This document shows, piece after piece, positions 46,501-54,985 of a DNA stretch of 64,000 nt. Location: positions 620,001 through 684,000 of the forward strand of contig CBFFRQ010000089.1 of the NCBI GenBank assembly GCA_965644315.1, read 5' to 3'. The DNA is from Caecitellus pseudoparvulus. Taxonomy: Eukaryota > Protista > Bigyra: Bicosoecida. Below the pieces are notes generated by a model. The model saw nothing but the letters and a program-made list of their open reading frames with translations, made no database searches and had not been told where the DNA came from. The translations under genes and the position numbers were made by a program. Position 1 is the first letter of the stretch. The number at the start of each line of letters is the position of its first letter.

Positions 46501-48701
46501 TCCTGCAGGGAGCCTTGTCGCCACCGCGCGATGACAGATCGGCGGAGTCGCGCACTGGCCGCCTCCACGTGCCACGTCCGGAAACACCTGGCCAGGCTGC
46601 CCGCTCGCCAGTGCTGGATGGCCGTCACTGCCGCTGCCCGGCACGTGTGGGCTGAGTGGGTGGCGTGGCGCCAGCGAGTCACTGCCCGGGCCATGCGGCG
46701 CTGGGCCAGGTGTGTGCGAGCCATGCGTGCCAGCACCGCCTCGCCACGCCACGCTGCGAAGGCCTTCAGGCTCAGGGTGGCGGCGTGGTGGGCGTCTGCG
46801 TCTGCGGTGGCGGCGGCACGAGCACGCCGGTGCAGCGTGTACCGCACCCACCCATCGAACGCCTCCTCCACCGCCTTGCCCGCCAGCGCACCTGCAAAGC
46901 GCCGTGCCAAGCCCATGCCTCGCGCATGCCGTCGCCAGGCAGTGAAGTGCGCCTCCAGGGCCACGTCATCGAAATGCCGTGTGGCGATGCGGGTGAGGGT
47001 GCGGTGGGTGGCGCGCCTGCGTGCTGCTGACCGCCATGTGCCTAGAGCGCCCACCACCCGCCGGCGCACGATGCGGGCGGCCAGGTCTTGCTCCACGCCA
47101 GCCACCTCTGCGCAGTGCGCGGTGTACCCCCGCCACGCGTAGAAGCACTTGGCAGCCCGTGCGACGAGGAAGGAAGCCCGCATGGTGCTGACAGCTCGGG
47201 CACGCGCCTTCCACCCAGCAAACACCGCTGTGAGGGTGTGTGCGTCCACGATGGCGGTGCCGTGCTCCAGGAGGGGCATGCGTGCGGGCAGTGGCGCCAG
47301 GCGCCGCAGCAGGTACTGCCTCAGGTGCCCCAGGCACCGCAGGTGCACTTCTGACGGCGCGGCGGAGTCAGCGAGCAAGCGGCGGTGCGGGGAGTGGGCC
47401 CACCCACTCCGCACGAGGGAGTCCACCTCCGGCACTGCCGAGGGACTGGCGGGGCGTGGCACCACCTCCCCCGCCGCCCGCAGGCGCTGGGCGACGGCTG
47501 GCTGGTGCAGCATCCACTGCGGGCCGCGGTCAGGCAGGCCGACGGCCAGCCACTTGAACAGGGCCCGGATCTGCCCCGGGTGGAACAGGGGGTCTGGCCG
47601 GCTGTGGATGGTCACGACACGCCAGGCAGTGAACATCTTGCGCAGGGTGGTGGTGGCATGCAGGTGCAGGGCGCTGGCGAGCTGGTGTCGCTGGGCCCGC
47701 AGGCGCCCCGCGTTGGAGCGCCACCGGTGAAACGCAGCAGCAGCCAGGTTGGCAGCGTGCACGGCATGTGCCTCGTCAAAGGTCGCCGACAGCTGGGCTG
47801 CGTGCTGAGCCGTGTCAGCTGCCGCCGATGCACACGCCCGCAGCCAGCGGCGGAAGAAAGAGGACAGCGTGCGCACGCGCTGGTACTGCTCAGACTCCAC
47901 GATGCCTTCGATTTCCGCAAAGGCGGCGTCTGCTGCTGCACGGCGGCGAGACGCCTCTGCCGCTGCCTGGCGGTGCTGGGCGTCTTGCTCCATGGAGGGC
48001 TGCAGCCGTGGCGGGGTGGGGGGGGGGGGTGCCTCTGGCGCAGGGGGGGGGGTGCCGCTTGGGTGGGTGGCGCCAGCGTGGGCGCGGGGAGGCGGCGTGC
48101 GCAGTCCCCCCATGACCTCATCAAAGCGCCGGAGGGGGTCAGGGGATCGGCTGGGTGTGCTGGCGGGCAGCGGCACCCTGGGCGACTGCAGGGACGGCGC
48201 AGGGGACGCTCGGCTGGCTGAGCCAGGGGAACGCCAGGTGTCCGGCAGCGGCGCCGCGCCCACGGTGGACATCATGGTGAAACGGTGAGCAGTGTCCTGC
48301 ACAAGGGTGTCAATTTGCAAAGGCGTGCCGTGCCGTGGTGCGGGGGACAGCGCCTGGCGCTGGAGTGCAGTGCGGAAACTGCACTTGAAGATCGCAGCTA
48401 CACCCACCTGCCGCGCCCGCTCCAGGCGGTCCCACCAGGAAGGGTCCGTGTCCAGGCTGAGCTTCAGCAGTGTTCGGTAGTAAAAGGTGTCATCTGAGGG
48501 GAAGATGCCGTGCCGACGCAGCACCGTGTCATACGCATCCAGCACGTGCACGAGCGTTGTGCGCGGGGCTGCCTCAGCGCCGGGTGCGTTGGCAGCAGCC
48601 AGGCGCTCAGCCTCCGTCAACACATCGCCCAGCACCGTCAAATCAGCGGCTGTGAAGGGCCGCGTGATGGCCGCCAGCGGCGACGCGGCAGGCACTGCCA
48701 T
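37584..48701 (-). CDS. SFI1: Giant Sfi1-type centrin-binding repeat protein (about 3,700 aa)
   Basis: Dozens of Trp-centred helical repeats (for example LAAAAFHRWR, LRKMFTAWR, KASAFRRWV). The N-terminal VLDAYDTVLRRHGIFPSDDTFYYRTLLKL resembles the N-terminus of Sfi1 homologues. DNA repeat period is 99 nt. Confidence 0.85.
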   Translation of the reverse strand: MAVPAASPLAAITRPFTAADLTVLGDVLTEAERLAAANAPGAEAAPRTTLVHVLDAYDTVLRRHGIFPSDDTFYYRTLLKLSLDTDPSWWDRLERARQVGVAAIFKCSFRTALQRQALSPAPRHGTPLQIDTLVQDTAHRFTMMSTVGAAPLPDTWRSPGSASRASPAPSLQSPRVPLPASTPSRSPDPLRRFDEVMGGLRTPPPRAHAGATHPSGTPPPAPEAPPPPTPPRLQPSMEQDAQHRQAAAEASRRRAAADAAFAEIEGIVESEQYQRVRTLSSFFRRWLRACASAAADTAQHAAQLSATFDEAHAVHAANLAAAAFHRWRSNAGRLRAQRHQLASALHLHATTTLRKMFTAWRVVTIHSRPDPLFHPGQIRALFKWLAVGLPDRGPQWMLHQPAVAQRLRAAGEVVPRPASPSAVPEVDSLVRSGWAHSPHRRLLADSAAPSEVHLRCLGHLRQYLLRRLAPLPARMPLLEHGTAIVDAHTLTAVFAGWKARARAVSTMRASFLVARAAKCFYAWRGYTAHCAEVAGVEQDLAARIVRRRVVGALGTWRSAARRRATHRTLTRIATRHFDDVALEAHFTAWRRHARGMGLARRFAGALAGKAVEEAFDGWVRYTLHRRARAAATADADAHHAATLSLKAFAAWRGEAVLARMARTHLAQRRMARAVTRWRHATHSAHTCRAAAVTAIQHWRAGSLARCFRTWHVEAASARLRRSVIARWRQGSLQDCFDALRASAAASQAASAHVCGVMRRRRASAVLARMAQAAHRMQMLRARQAARETAAMANTFAAWRAYHAHSRRLAATASAITASSRRIRLQGGLHAWQRALRQRSTMGVMVLRWRSARLASAWDTWRDHVMASRAHEAAVRRALAFWLHSTKASAFRRWVEFRREAVASRVATARALSLWRHATAARAFATWAGNTKEAQHMRRRMADAALAFRHLTLVKAWRAWLFKHEQAQALNARARAVAGRLLHGRAGQALNTWREWAAARRSTRQAARTVLARMSNRRAAGAFATWAEHTARAKEVAAKGVRVAAAFLHRDTARAVRRWREWAAGRRATRTRARCVAQRFARRHEAQAVAAWRQWLGARHSARRRMQVVVATLQRGGVKRALNTWRDAAAASAARRSAMVAVAAAFAGRNAGRAVRQWRHWAAARRVARQKVRQATHMLQGNTLLRCFAAWKQHQAEEARLRGIAARVAATLRHGKAAAAVRTWAAAAAASRDLHRRMRAVVMRLMQRNAARAVATWRQAVTRRAALRRSMARVVAALQHGHTRRALLAWRAWAGERARRKAAMLAVVRTAQQSKAAAAVRTWAAAAAQARSERALLRRTILRMQSACLARAFTAWREHADQAAVVRSQAARVLGAWKARALRAAFHGWVQAHQERIRLRNVGMRVAARLQHRHTCAALATWRQWVATRSANRANLRRVLARLTSLKAAQALASWRQSTLQAGERRQAALSVVLRLRGVKAHRAVCAWRLWTATRRRNRAAMATVAARWANRTLAATFTCWADAVAGARAERAVLTHAIRRMLLLKVGHALNSWQDAVRTRRAMRAAAAKWTASTQHRAFNTWKARVAEAQALRAAVSRWHNSLLARAFTSWGVAVYEARARRARAGHLRAKVVTRLRKGALVRCWATWQAYTAHCVSLGRRAQAVQLAVHRRRRLCVLQGWATLARVCAFARAKAKQRAFIAWYSRVLRRREEMRDVLHLVTRLHAADERRSTKLVSLDFNLPGLRSHGMLGGRHGASLPSGGTLAHHGSAMGTPASATWALATTGAVPVPGPAPLWSPPGHSPWLQGVGRSAPVFTPAQSLRTGAFSASATQAPPQAYDDWLDAEEEEDADILAASRGGQPAMSGTELVSAALQRWRAGPAARAWSAWLAFAVGRRRKRVTDILASMHCRRATLANSFAVWHRWARTHRLLRVAGRYFAATVKQRTFVAWRQQTVRSQRVRAVAMDFLWRADSRRLGAAFDAWAQHAHRTKQLRASLAGFIARRTGDVLASHFHAWQAAATVSRTQRQAVQGMLARCLMGNQRAAFTAWRTWAQRSRWARRAALTFLIGNTQRGVFRRWAAYTAHRRERRAVAQVGARFAAELRARHTARLLAHWQRTAFLFRSCAALRHRFVHVNLPRRVFYAWRVCADRSRAQRTKLTSILLQWQHRRSAAAVRTWAGWVRARAANRSKLAAAHAALAGRTQRKAFNTWRAHAETLATARRSMTRVVQRIRHASQAAAFRTWRCQTEAAAQAAAAQAAAVRLWSNRSLASAWHAWCAMVQGRRADRARMRHAVGVLQHASTARALRSWRAHAHARAQHRQRMQAAVGSWMHTGTARAVRTWAAWAAARRALRASSRAVIVRWQNREVLAALDAWRARVRRTHDARATMRRVVATMQHAKVARFVRAWAHHTREQTRLHASMRRIAVQWAQRHVAGAVRRWVEVTRRRRRARTAARQALAFFNASAAARAFLTWKTHAADARSHRAALQAAVSHWNSATVAAAFRTWAATTAEAKQSKALMTKAVQAFAMREQRGAVLAWQHWAQQRVAHRATMRRVVATMQHAKVARFVRAWARTTREHRAQQALMRRAVAGWQHQSVGGAVRAWAAWAASRRECRRLKRLALGAFMLKAERGAVLAWQEWTQRRVAQKTAMRRIVATMQNAKVARCVRTWAGAVAEHKAERATMRRVVATMQHAKVARFVRAWASTTREHRAQQALMRRAVAGWQHQSVGGAVRAWAAWASERRQGRALMARAVSRWQHGAASRVVLTWASAARARAERKAAMRKAVLSWTRASEAGALRTWAQWTAQRQHARATMHRAAGAFALRGTRKAVLTWWDFVQQRRHARAQMRRALLTMQASGAARAVRAWASATAEAKRRRQVAHHVAATLVHSSLARAVRGWAANTRTRRENKASIARAGAFFLRSTEMRAWQAWRAYTAQRKAFAEKAAAVIARRYMADTQTFFNAWVQAFRWRKAVAANLAKFVALWSGRRTARTFYAWAQHTREEVAARRARAYWAHIMYAKAFNRWHQTTLQRRAARRVIVSWHNRQLAGAWRSWRRHVSGLRVLERLSSRNATLLKASFSTWHRHAHAAAHERRVLQTAVAFWQGGSKLKAFTAWRDFVAARQAEAHRTMVARATVLRGQALRTLLAWRGWVVDMSAKRAMWAHEQDIKLRTMRRYTLLRLLLMRRGFRVWSRTTRLLAATDRMRARVLTSQCLRPAFAALKSEVRRARNLRQVEVLAAAQSLRRRAATALLSWHGKAHEQRLMGKAVGHFALSSAGKAVRAWRYKTLAAKAQRHRTLRLTVRAQSSLLQWRAACRRARLARATAATLSVRCKAIRQRQALAAWRNLAIAKIHYRSCLLSGALQRWKGGSTAAVHRRDELLRTALTRMTHNTASRAFQRWACFARERREQRAAALRVLGRIAQQSSAAATVAAFGMWKKWTLQSRGLAQLLARSRQLRAVHALRKWVRTTRIRAVSSARSARAGKFRKYTVLRKVWAAWRGGAWKRGSRSTASLPSPLALARQPPATASQASSLGYFEAKSGLAPRSASRGSDRHRSSQGTWGLSSSVHSGGLHTPQSAGPARVHRQAFHTPQAGPSGRPAFTPMAQDAFGASVPMGGLSGISRVPSSAPQSARVTATPSAQPGSVYTLVPDGFGGMLLVPAATVTVAPDGRVVGTSDMSFADQVAQTPHSNGPGWE
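40471..41540 (-). repeat. Recent intragenic duplications within the Sfi1-like gene
   Basis: An approximately 180-nt near-identical block lies at 40471 and 40867 (offset 396 = 4x99). The sub-block acgaagcgcgccaccttggcgtgctgcatggtggccacgacgcgccgcatcgt occurs at 40591, 40987 and 41482 (last offset 495 = 5x99). Confidence 0.9.
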
Positions 48702-48790
48702 GGCGCAACGCTGGGCGGCGGACGGCACCCAGCAGGTGAGGGCGTGGTGCGGAGTTTGCCCGGTGCCGTCCATTGCTGCTGCCTGCATTG

Positions 48791-49714
48791 CTACTTGTTG
48801 GCTGACACTGCGCGGCGCGTGCCGAGGAACTTGGCCACTGCAAAGTCCCTGTCTGGGTGCCTCCACGTGACGCCAGGCGGCAGGTGCACCTCTGACGCCA
48901 TGATCTTGTCCCCCACCGCCTTGCCGCGCAGGTCCAGGACGAGGGAGTCGGGGATGGCCTCCCCGAACGCGTACACGGGCAGCTTGTGCATGAGGTCCAG
49001 CTTCCAGCCCGCCTGCTTGAAGGCGACGCAGCGGTCCTCGTTGATGGAGCGGGTGGGCAAGCCCAGCGGCACGCCGGGGTTGCGGCCCGGCACATAGATG
49101 AGCCAGTCACAGGACAGTGCCTCGGGCTTGGCTGCGCGGGAAAGGGGGGGGGGGGCGCGTGCAGGGCACTGGCATTGGCGCACACGCTGCGCTCGCACGG
49201 GGACACACTGGGGTGAATGGACATGTACCGTGGCAGGGCGCGGTACGCCACCCCGTCCACCGTCAAGTCGAAGAGGGTGTTATGGAACGACAGCGGCCGG
49301 GCGTTGTAGGCCGCCTTGAGCTCAGCGTGTGGCACCCAAATGTTGATTTGGTGCTTGTTGCCAGCCTTGTCAGTGCCATACACCTGCCCTGGGATTAGCC
49401 CAGCCTCTGTGGCGGGTGGCAGGGGGCGATGAAGGGGGCGCTGCTGGCACGTGCGGAAAAAGCGCCACTGCCTCACCTCTCGCTGCCGCTGACGCCTTTG
49501 TGCCCAAATCCCGTTCCTGGCGCCGCACCCCTGTCAATGATGGGACATCAAATGCAAGTCCAAACAGCCCACGCCGCAGGGGCGTGCTGACTGTGCTTGC
49601 CGCAGCCGCTGCAGCCGGCACAGCAGCGCGGCATGCGCTGCCCACCCACTGGCCTGCTGACGCGGCGGCCAGGCGCGCACACCGCGCGACAGAGAGCTGG
49701 GCGAGGGCGGCCAT
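48791..49714 (-). CDS. Organellar (probably mitochondrial) ribosomal protein bL25/CTC
   Basis: Ala/Arg presequence; GLIPGQVYG; YRALPRYMSIHP; C-terminal beta domain IPDSLVLDLRGKAVGDKIMASEVHLPPGV. Confidence 0.82.
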
Positions 49715-49827
49715 GCTGTGTGTGGGGAGGGGCGCAGACACGCCTACACGGGGGCATGTGTGCAAGTGCATTTGTTGCGGTGGAGAGCGGTCGTGGAGAT
49801 GTGCTCACGCAGCGTGGATGTGCCGTG

Positions 49828-50923
49828 TCACGCTGGGGGGGGAGACACCCCGCCCCCCTCCCCCGCTTCCCGCACAGCTGCAGTGCGCTGGTCAGCCTCA
49901 CACGCCTGTGTCTGGCGTGGGGAGTGCGGCGGCAGGTCCGGGAAGGGGTGCACCAGGGGCAGGTGCACACCGTGGTGGGAGTCTGCGCTACTTGGTTTGT
50001 CGAGCAGCGCGCTGGAGGCGTGGCTGTAGGCGGAGGGGTGCCAGGCGCCCATGACGTGAGTCATGGCATGCTGCACTGCTTCTTGCACCTGTCTGATGCT
50101 GTGGATGACGTATGTGCTGTGGTGCAGGGCTTTGATGCGGTTGGCGGTGGCGGCGGCAACATGGCAGTCGCTACCAAGCCCCGGCGCACAGCCCGGTGCG
50201 CTGCCGAGGGGGGCAGGCCCCTCCCACTGGGGCGGCAGCGGCTCGTCATTGGTCAGGTACACCGACACCGCCCCTGCTGCGGCGGCAGCCACGACGTCGT
50301 CCACGCCATCCCCCACCATGATGAGCCCGGAGCTGGGCACCCCCAAGCTCGATGCAATGTGCAGGAGAGCATCTGGTGCGGGCTTGGGCGGCGTGAACTC
50401 CCGGCCCAGAGCTGGCTTCAGCGCAGCCGCTGTGGCTTGCGGCAGCTTGCTCAGCACTATTTCCACGCAAGTGGCGGAGTTGCGGGTGAGCAGCGCACAG
50501 GGAATGCCTTGGTCCACCAACCACTGCACGACCTCCACGAAGCCATCCTGAACGCGTGTTGCTTCCACGCCAGCCACTTCCATCTCGTGCACCTGTGCAG
50601 GGAGGGGGTGCGTGGTGGGCGCAGTGCGGAATTTGGTTGCGCCTCCACGCACGACTTTAAAAGCAGCGTCACGCTTGCTAGGTTCGTAGCTTTCAATGTG
50701 CCCGATAATGTCCCCACCTGGAGGGACACCCGTTCGTTCCCTCATGGCCACAAAGTCTGCAGGGGTCGCGCGGGTGTGACGGCAGAAGTGCAGTGTTGGC
50801 CTGGCTCTGTCCAGCACAACTCGGGCGCGCACCTAAGCTGTTGCGCTCTGTGATGGTGCCGTCCATGTCAAACACCACAGCGACTCCTGGGGACGTCTGC
50901 ACACTTCCCTCCATCCCTGCCAT
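49828..50923 (-). CDS. HAD-superfamily hydrolase (phosphoglycolate phosphatase-like)
   Basis: Motif I VVFDMDGTIT; ALLTRN; PPKPAPDALL; IMVGDGVDD. Both ends uncertain. Confidence 0.85.
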
Positions 50924-51302
50924 GGTCCTTGCCCGAACGCTGCGTGTTGGTGCAGTGGGAGGCGGTGGAAGCAGCAGGCGCGGCCTCCAGGCACGCCACG
51001 TCTGCCTGCACCAGGCGGCCCCTAGCATGCAGCTAGGGTGCAGGACGATGCAGGAGAATTGCACTTGTGCAAGGTGTCCTGGCTCTGGATCCCTTGTCGA
51101 TTTGGAGTGTGGACCACACCGTGTGGACCAACAGGCATCGAATGGTCGCCGTACTTCGCCCTTGGCAGGACCCCGTCCTGCAAGACACAGCGTGCCAGCC
51201 CAATACAGCTTTCACCACAAAGCACACCAGCAGTCTATTACTGATCTCTGAAGGTGCACTCCCCACTTGTCCAACGCTCTCCAGCTCCCCTCACCGCTGA
51301 CC

Positions 51303-51818
51303 ATGGCTGTGCAGCGTGCCGCCGTGCGCAACGTGCTGGTGTATGACGGCGTGTGCAACATTTGCAACGCAGGCACCCGCTTCGTGGGGCGACTGGATGC
51401 TGGCAAGCGCGTCCACTTCGTGTCCATGCAATCCAAAGAGGCCCTGCCATTCTTGCAAGCTGCCGGCGTCAGCCCAGAGGAAGTGCACAAGCGCTTTGCC
51501 TTCTTTGAGCAGCGCCCTTCCCCTGCGGGGCGAGGCGCGTCGCCTTGCAGATCAAGCGTACTTAGCGAACATGTGGACGTCCCGGAGCCGTGGGTGTTCA
51601 GCATGGGTGGGCTAGCAGCACTGCGTGTCGGCGTGGCGGTGCAGGCTCAACCGATTTCCGCAGCTGCAGCGGCTGCGCTGGCACTCCTGCCGCAACGGCT
51701 GGTGGATGCATTGTACGACGCGGTGGCAGACAACAGGTACAAGTGGTTTGGGCGAACGGAGGCGTGTCAGATCCCCACCCCTGCAATGCGCAGTCGGCAC
51801 CTGGACATGCGCGGCTGA
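51303..51818 (+). CDS. DCC1-like thiol-disulfide oxidoreductase (DUF393)
   Basis: VLVYDGVCNICN (DxxCxxC); FVSMQS; DALYDAVADNRYKWFGRTEAC. Confidence 0.9.
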   Translation: MAVQRAAVRNVLVYDGVCNICNAGTRFVGRLDAGKRVHFVSMQSKEALPFLQAAGVSPEEVHKRFAFFEQRPSPAGRGASPCRSSVLSEHVDVPEPWVFSMGGLAALRVGVAVQAQPISAAAAAALALLPQRLVDALYDAVADNRYKWFGRTEACQIPTPAMRSRHLDMRG

Positions 51819-51868
51819 GCTGGCCGCGTATTTCGGCAGGCAGCACGTGGCGTGGCGCAATGCCGCCT

Positions 51869-53089
51869 TCACCCCTCCCCTTGTTCCGCTTCGTGTTTGC
51901 GAATGATGCCCAGGGCTTGCGTGGCGGTGGGGATGGGCACTTTGCCTCGATCTGACCAGTGCCACATGGGGCTGGAGATGGACATGGCGCGCAGAACCGT
52001 GGCCATGGCGAGGCACCACATGATGGCGTCGCGGTACTCTGCACGGTCCCGCTCTCCATGCAGCTTCTGCAGGAACATCTCCAAGTCTGCCAGGAACAGC
52101 GGCAGCCCGTTGGGCACCTTGGGCATGGTGTCCACAACGTGCCCGTCGGTGAACTTGAAATTGACGGTGTTGGCACGACCGAGACCAGGCGACCGCCACT
52201 CTGTCCACAAGACGTCAGTCCCTGTTGCCGTGCGAAAGGTGACGCTGAGGGATGCGGCCTTGGCGGCGTCAGGGTGCTCCCGGTCGGCCGCCGCGCCGAC
52301 GCCCTGCAGCCACATGAAGTCCCGCACCTCCAACTCCTCCCCGAACATGTCCCGAATGCGGTGCAGGCGGGCAATGCCGGCGATGCCCAGCCAGCCGCCC
52401 CCCTCTGGCAGCAAGGGACCCGCGAACCCTATCTCGGCGCGCTTGCAGGGGGCAGCGTGCCCCAGCACTTCATCCCGCAACGCGCGGTACGATGCCGAGA
52501 GGAGCTCGATGTGTTCCACGTGCAGGACACACTTGACCGAGTCAGCGAGGGCAAAGAGGGAGTGTGCCGCTTCTAAGCCAAGGGCTACAGGGTACTCCAC
52601 ACAAACGTGCTTGCCTGCCGCAAGGGCGCGCTGGATGAACAGCTCGTGGCTGGCATTCTCCGTGCAAATGCACACTGCGTCAGCACCACCCGCCCCCAGC
52701 GCCTCATCCAACGTAACTTCGGCGTTCTTCCAGTCCGTGTCCAGGGGGTCTGCTGTGCGTCTGCGGGCAGCAGTTGGGCGGGGCTGCGGCAGTGCCGAGT
52801 CAACGGGCGCGTAGCAACGCGCAGCTCAGTCGGCCGGCATGGAATGGACCAACGCACCTGCTCACGATTCCGAAGAGTTCAACAGACTCTGGAGCAGATT
52901 TAATGGCCTTCACTCGGGCTTTCCTGGGGGAAGGGGTGGGCGCGGCGTGCGCGGGTGTCCGAAACGCTGGAGTGAAACGCAAGGCACACACCCTGCCCTC
53001 CCCAAGCCCACAACCGCAACGCTGACAAGCCCTTCGGTGGCAACGCCTCCAACAAGACTACCCTCTTCCACTGCCTGTGCAGCAGCCAT
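51869..53089 (-). CDS. BLVRA: Biliverdin reductase A-like oxidoreductase (Gfo/Idh/MocA fold)
   Basis: VAVVGLGRAG; ICTENASHE; GKHVCVEYP; VLHVEHIELL; GIARL...MFGE; WTEWRSPGLGR; these parallel animal BLVRA motifs. Confidence 0.78.
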
Positions 53090-53235
53090 CCCTGAGGTGC
53101 AGTGGCACCCAGCGGGGCAGGCTGACGTGGTCTGCCCCACACAGGCTGGCTTCCAGCCTGTCGCCTCTGCCACGGCTGCGCAGGGCAGGGAAGGGCGTGT
53201 GCTGGGCAGCGCAGGGGGCATGTGCATGCGGTGCG

Positions 53236-54985
53236 TTACATTTTGTGGCTTGCATCACCGTGCTGTGCCAGATCAAGGCTAGCTGCCGCCCCAACCTCCG
53301 GCGCCAAGCATAGCTGCGTGTTGGGGAAGGTCAGCGCACGGAGCAGCGTGCGCCGCGCGTAGAACTGCACCAGCGCATATGGAAGGACGCTGGAACGCTT
53401 GGCAGTGCCTGCCGTCCACTGCAGCAGGACGGTGGCGTCGCTGGCGCTGCCCGCCGCCGGCTCTACCACGCTCTGCGGTGCGTGGATGCAGTGCACCTGG
53501 GGGGCGTCCGGGACCCCCAACGCTGCGCGCCACCAGCGCTCCTCCTTGGCCAGCTTGCTGCTGGACTCCTGTGCAAGCGTGCCACCGCACCTGCTGCTGA
53601 GCCAGGTCGCAGCCATGGCCTGCACGGAGGCGAAGCGGTGCAGCGACGCGTCGTGGGGGCGCTTAGACACCACACGAGGGTGGGCGATGGTGCCCGCCCT
53701 GGCGGCCTCCAGGGAGCGCAGGGCTTCCCCTGATACATGTGCAGGGGAGGGGCACAGGGGCTCACTTCCCCGCTCCCTGCGCCAGCGTGGCTGCCACACC
53801 ACCCCCCGCGCGCCGCCATCGCGGAGGTGCGTCAGCAGCCGCGCCACGGCCACCTGGTCAGCCTGCATGGCGCGCCACTCATCCCAGTCACCCCGGCCAG
53901 CCTGCACAGACATGCTGTGTGCCCCAGCCGCCAGATCCATGCCCTCCGTGGGCTGCAGAGCCACGTCCACGTACATGACAGTGGGCCGTGCAGGCGGCTC
54001 TGCAGCCAGACGACTGACACACCCCGCCAGGAGGGCAGCCCCCCCTGCCCCATCCAGTGCCTGCAACAACGCACTCGCGTCCCCTGCCACCGGGGATTGG
54101 GCGCTGTCTCCACGCACGGGCTTGGCTGTCGGCGTCTCTGGCACACCTGGTGCCGCCAGCAGGTGGCCTGTGCTGCAGTGGGCCAGCAGCTTCAGGAGGT
54201 CCGGGGCACCATCCCTGGAGTGAGGAGCGACACCCGTCGCCAGCTGGTATGCGTCTGCAGTGGCTGCTGCCAGGGGAAATGCGGCTGCGACGAGGCGGTG
54301 CCGCCGGCGTGGCATGGCTGCCACAGTGCCACGCAGCAGGCAGGCGGTGGTGGCCATGCTGGCCGCCAGGGCGCTGACGTAGCCCACTGCAGCGGACGCG
54401 GAAACATGTGCTGTGGCTGCGAGGGATGCCAGTGGGGTCGCTTGCGCCGCTGCGCCTGTGCTGTGCCCGTGCCAGGGGCTTGGCATGGAGACCAGGCGGC
54501 TGGCGGGGCAGTTGGTGGGCCGCACGGCGCGTGGGAGGGCTGCCAGGCCCACGAGAGTCGATGCGACACATGGCCCGTCAACAAGGAGCATGGAGGAAGC
54601 CTCGGGTGCAAAGGTTACCGGCTGTGCCACGGGTTCTTGGGCAGCGACAGTCAAGGTGGAGGGTGCGCCGACTGCAAAGCGCACACTGCGAGGGCGTTTG
54701 GCGGCTGGAGAGGCGGGGCCACCGAAGATGATGTGGCCACACTCGTTGGCCTGGATGGAGTGCGCGATGTCCTTTGCTTCCAGGCGCCCTCGTTTGCCTG
54801 TGACTCGCAGGGCGGGCTGGCTTGAGCACCTGCCGTTTCGCTGGCGTTGCGGCACACGCACCAGCACTGCTGGATTGCAGAATGCGCCCCAGGATGCCAG
54901 CTACAGCGCCACGTAGAAACCGCTTGCCATCTTCATCAATGCAGATGCCTGCTGCAGACAAGCTCTCGTCCACAGCGGCTTCCAT
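53236..54985 (-). CDS. Hypothetical protein with N-terminal histone-fold-like segment (possibly divergent TAF6-like)
   Basis: Spliced N-terminus MEAAVDESLSAAGICIDEDGKRFLRGAVAGILGRILQSSSA|GKRGRLEAKDIAHSIQAN shows histone-fold helix spacing and an R-L-x-x-x-D-I loop-2 motif. The remainder is Ala-rich and unrecognised. Confidence 0.45.

Noticed and set aside
38020-48300. Many long alternative-frame and antisense ORFs (up to 560 aa) over the Sfi1-like gene
   Set aside because: These are the shadow ORFs expected at about 70% GC; the translations have no recognisable motifs.
48702-48866. N-terminal extension of the 3760-aa ORF overlapping bL25
   Set aside because: It overlaps the bL25 C-terminus on the same strand; the ATG at 48701 is the more plausible start.
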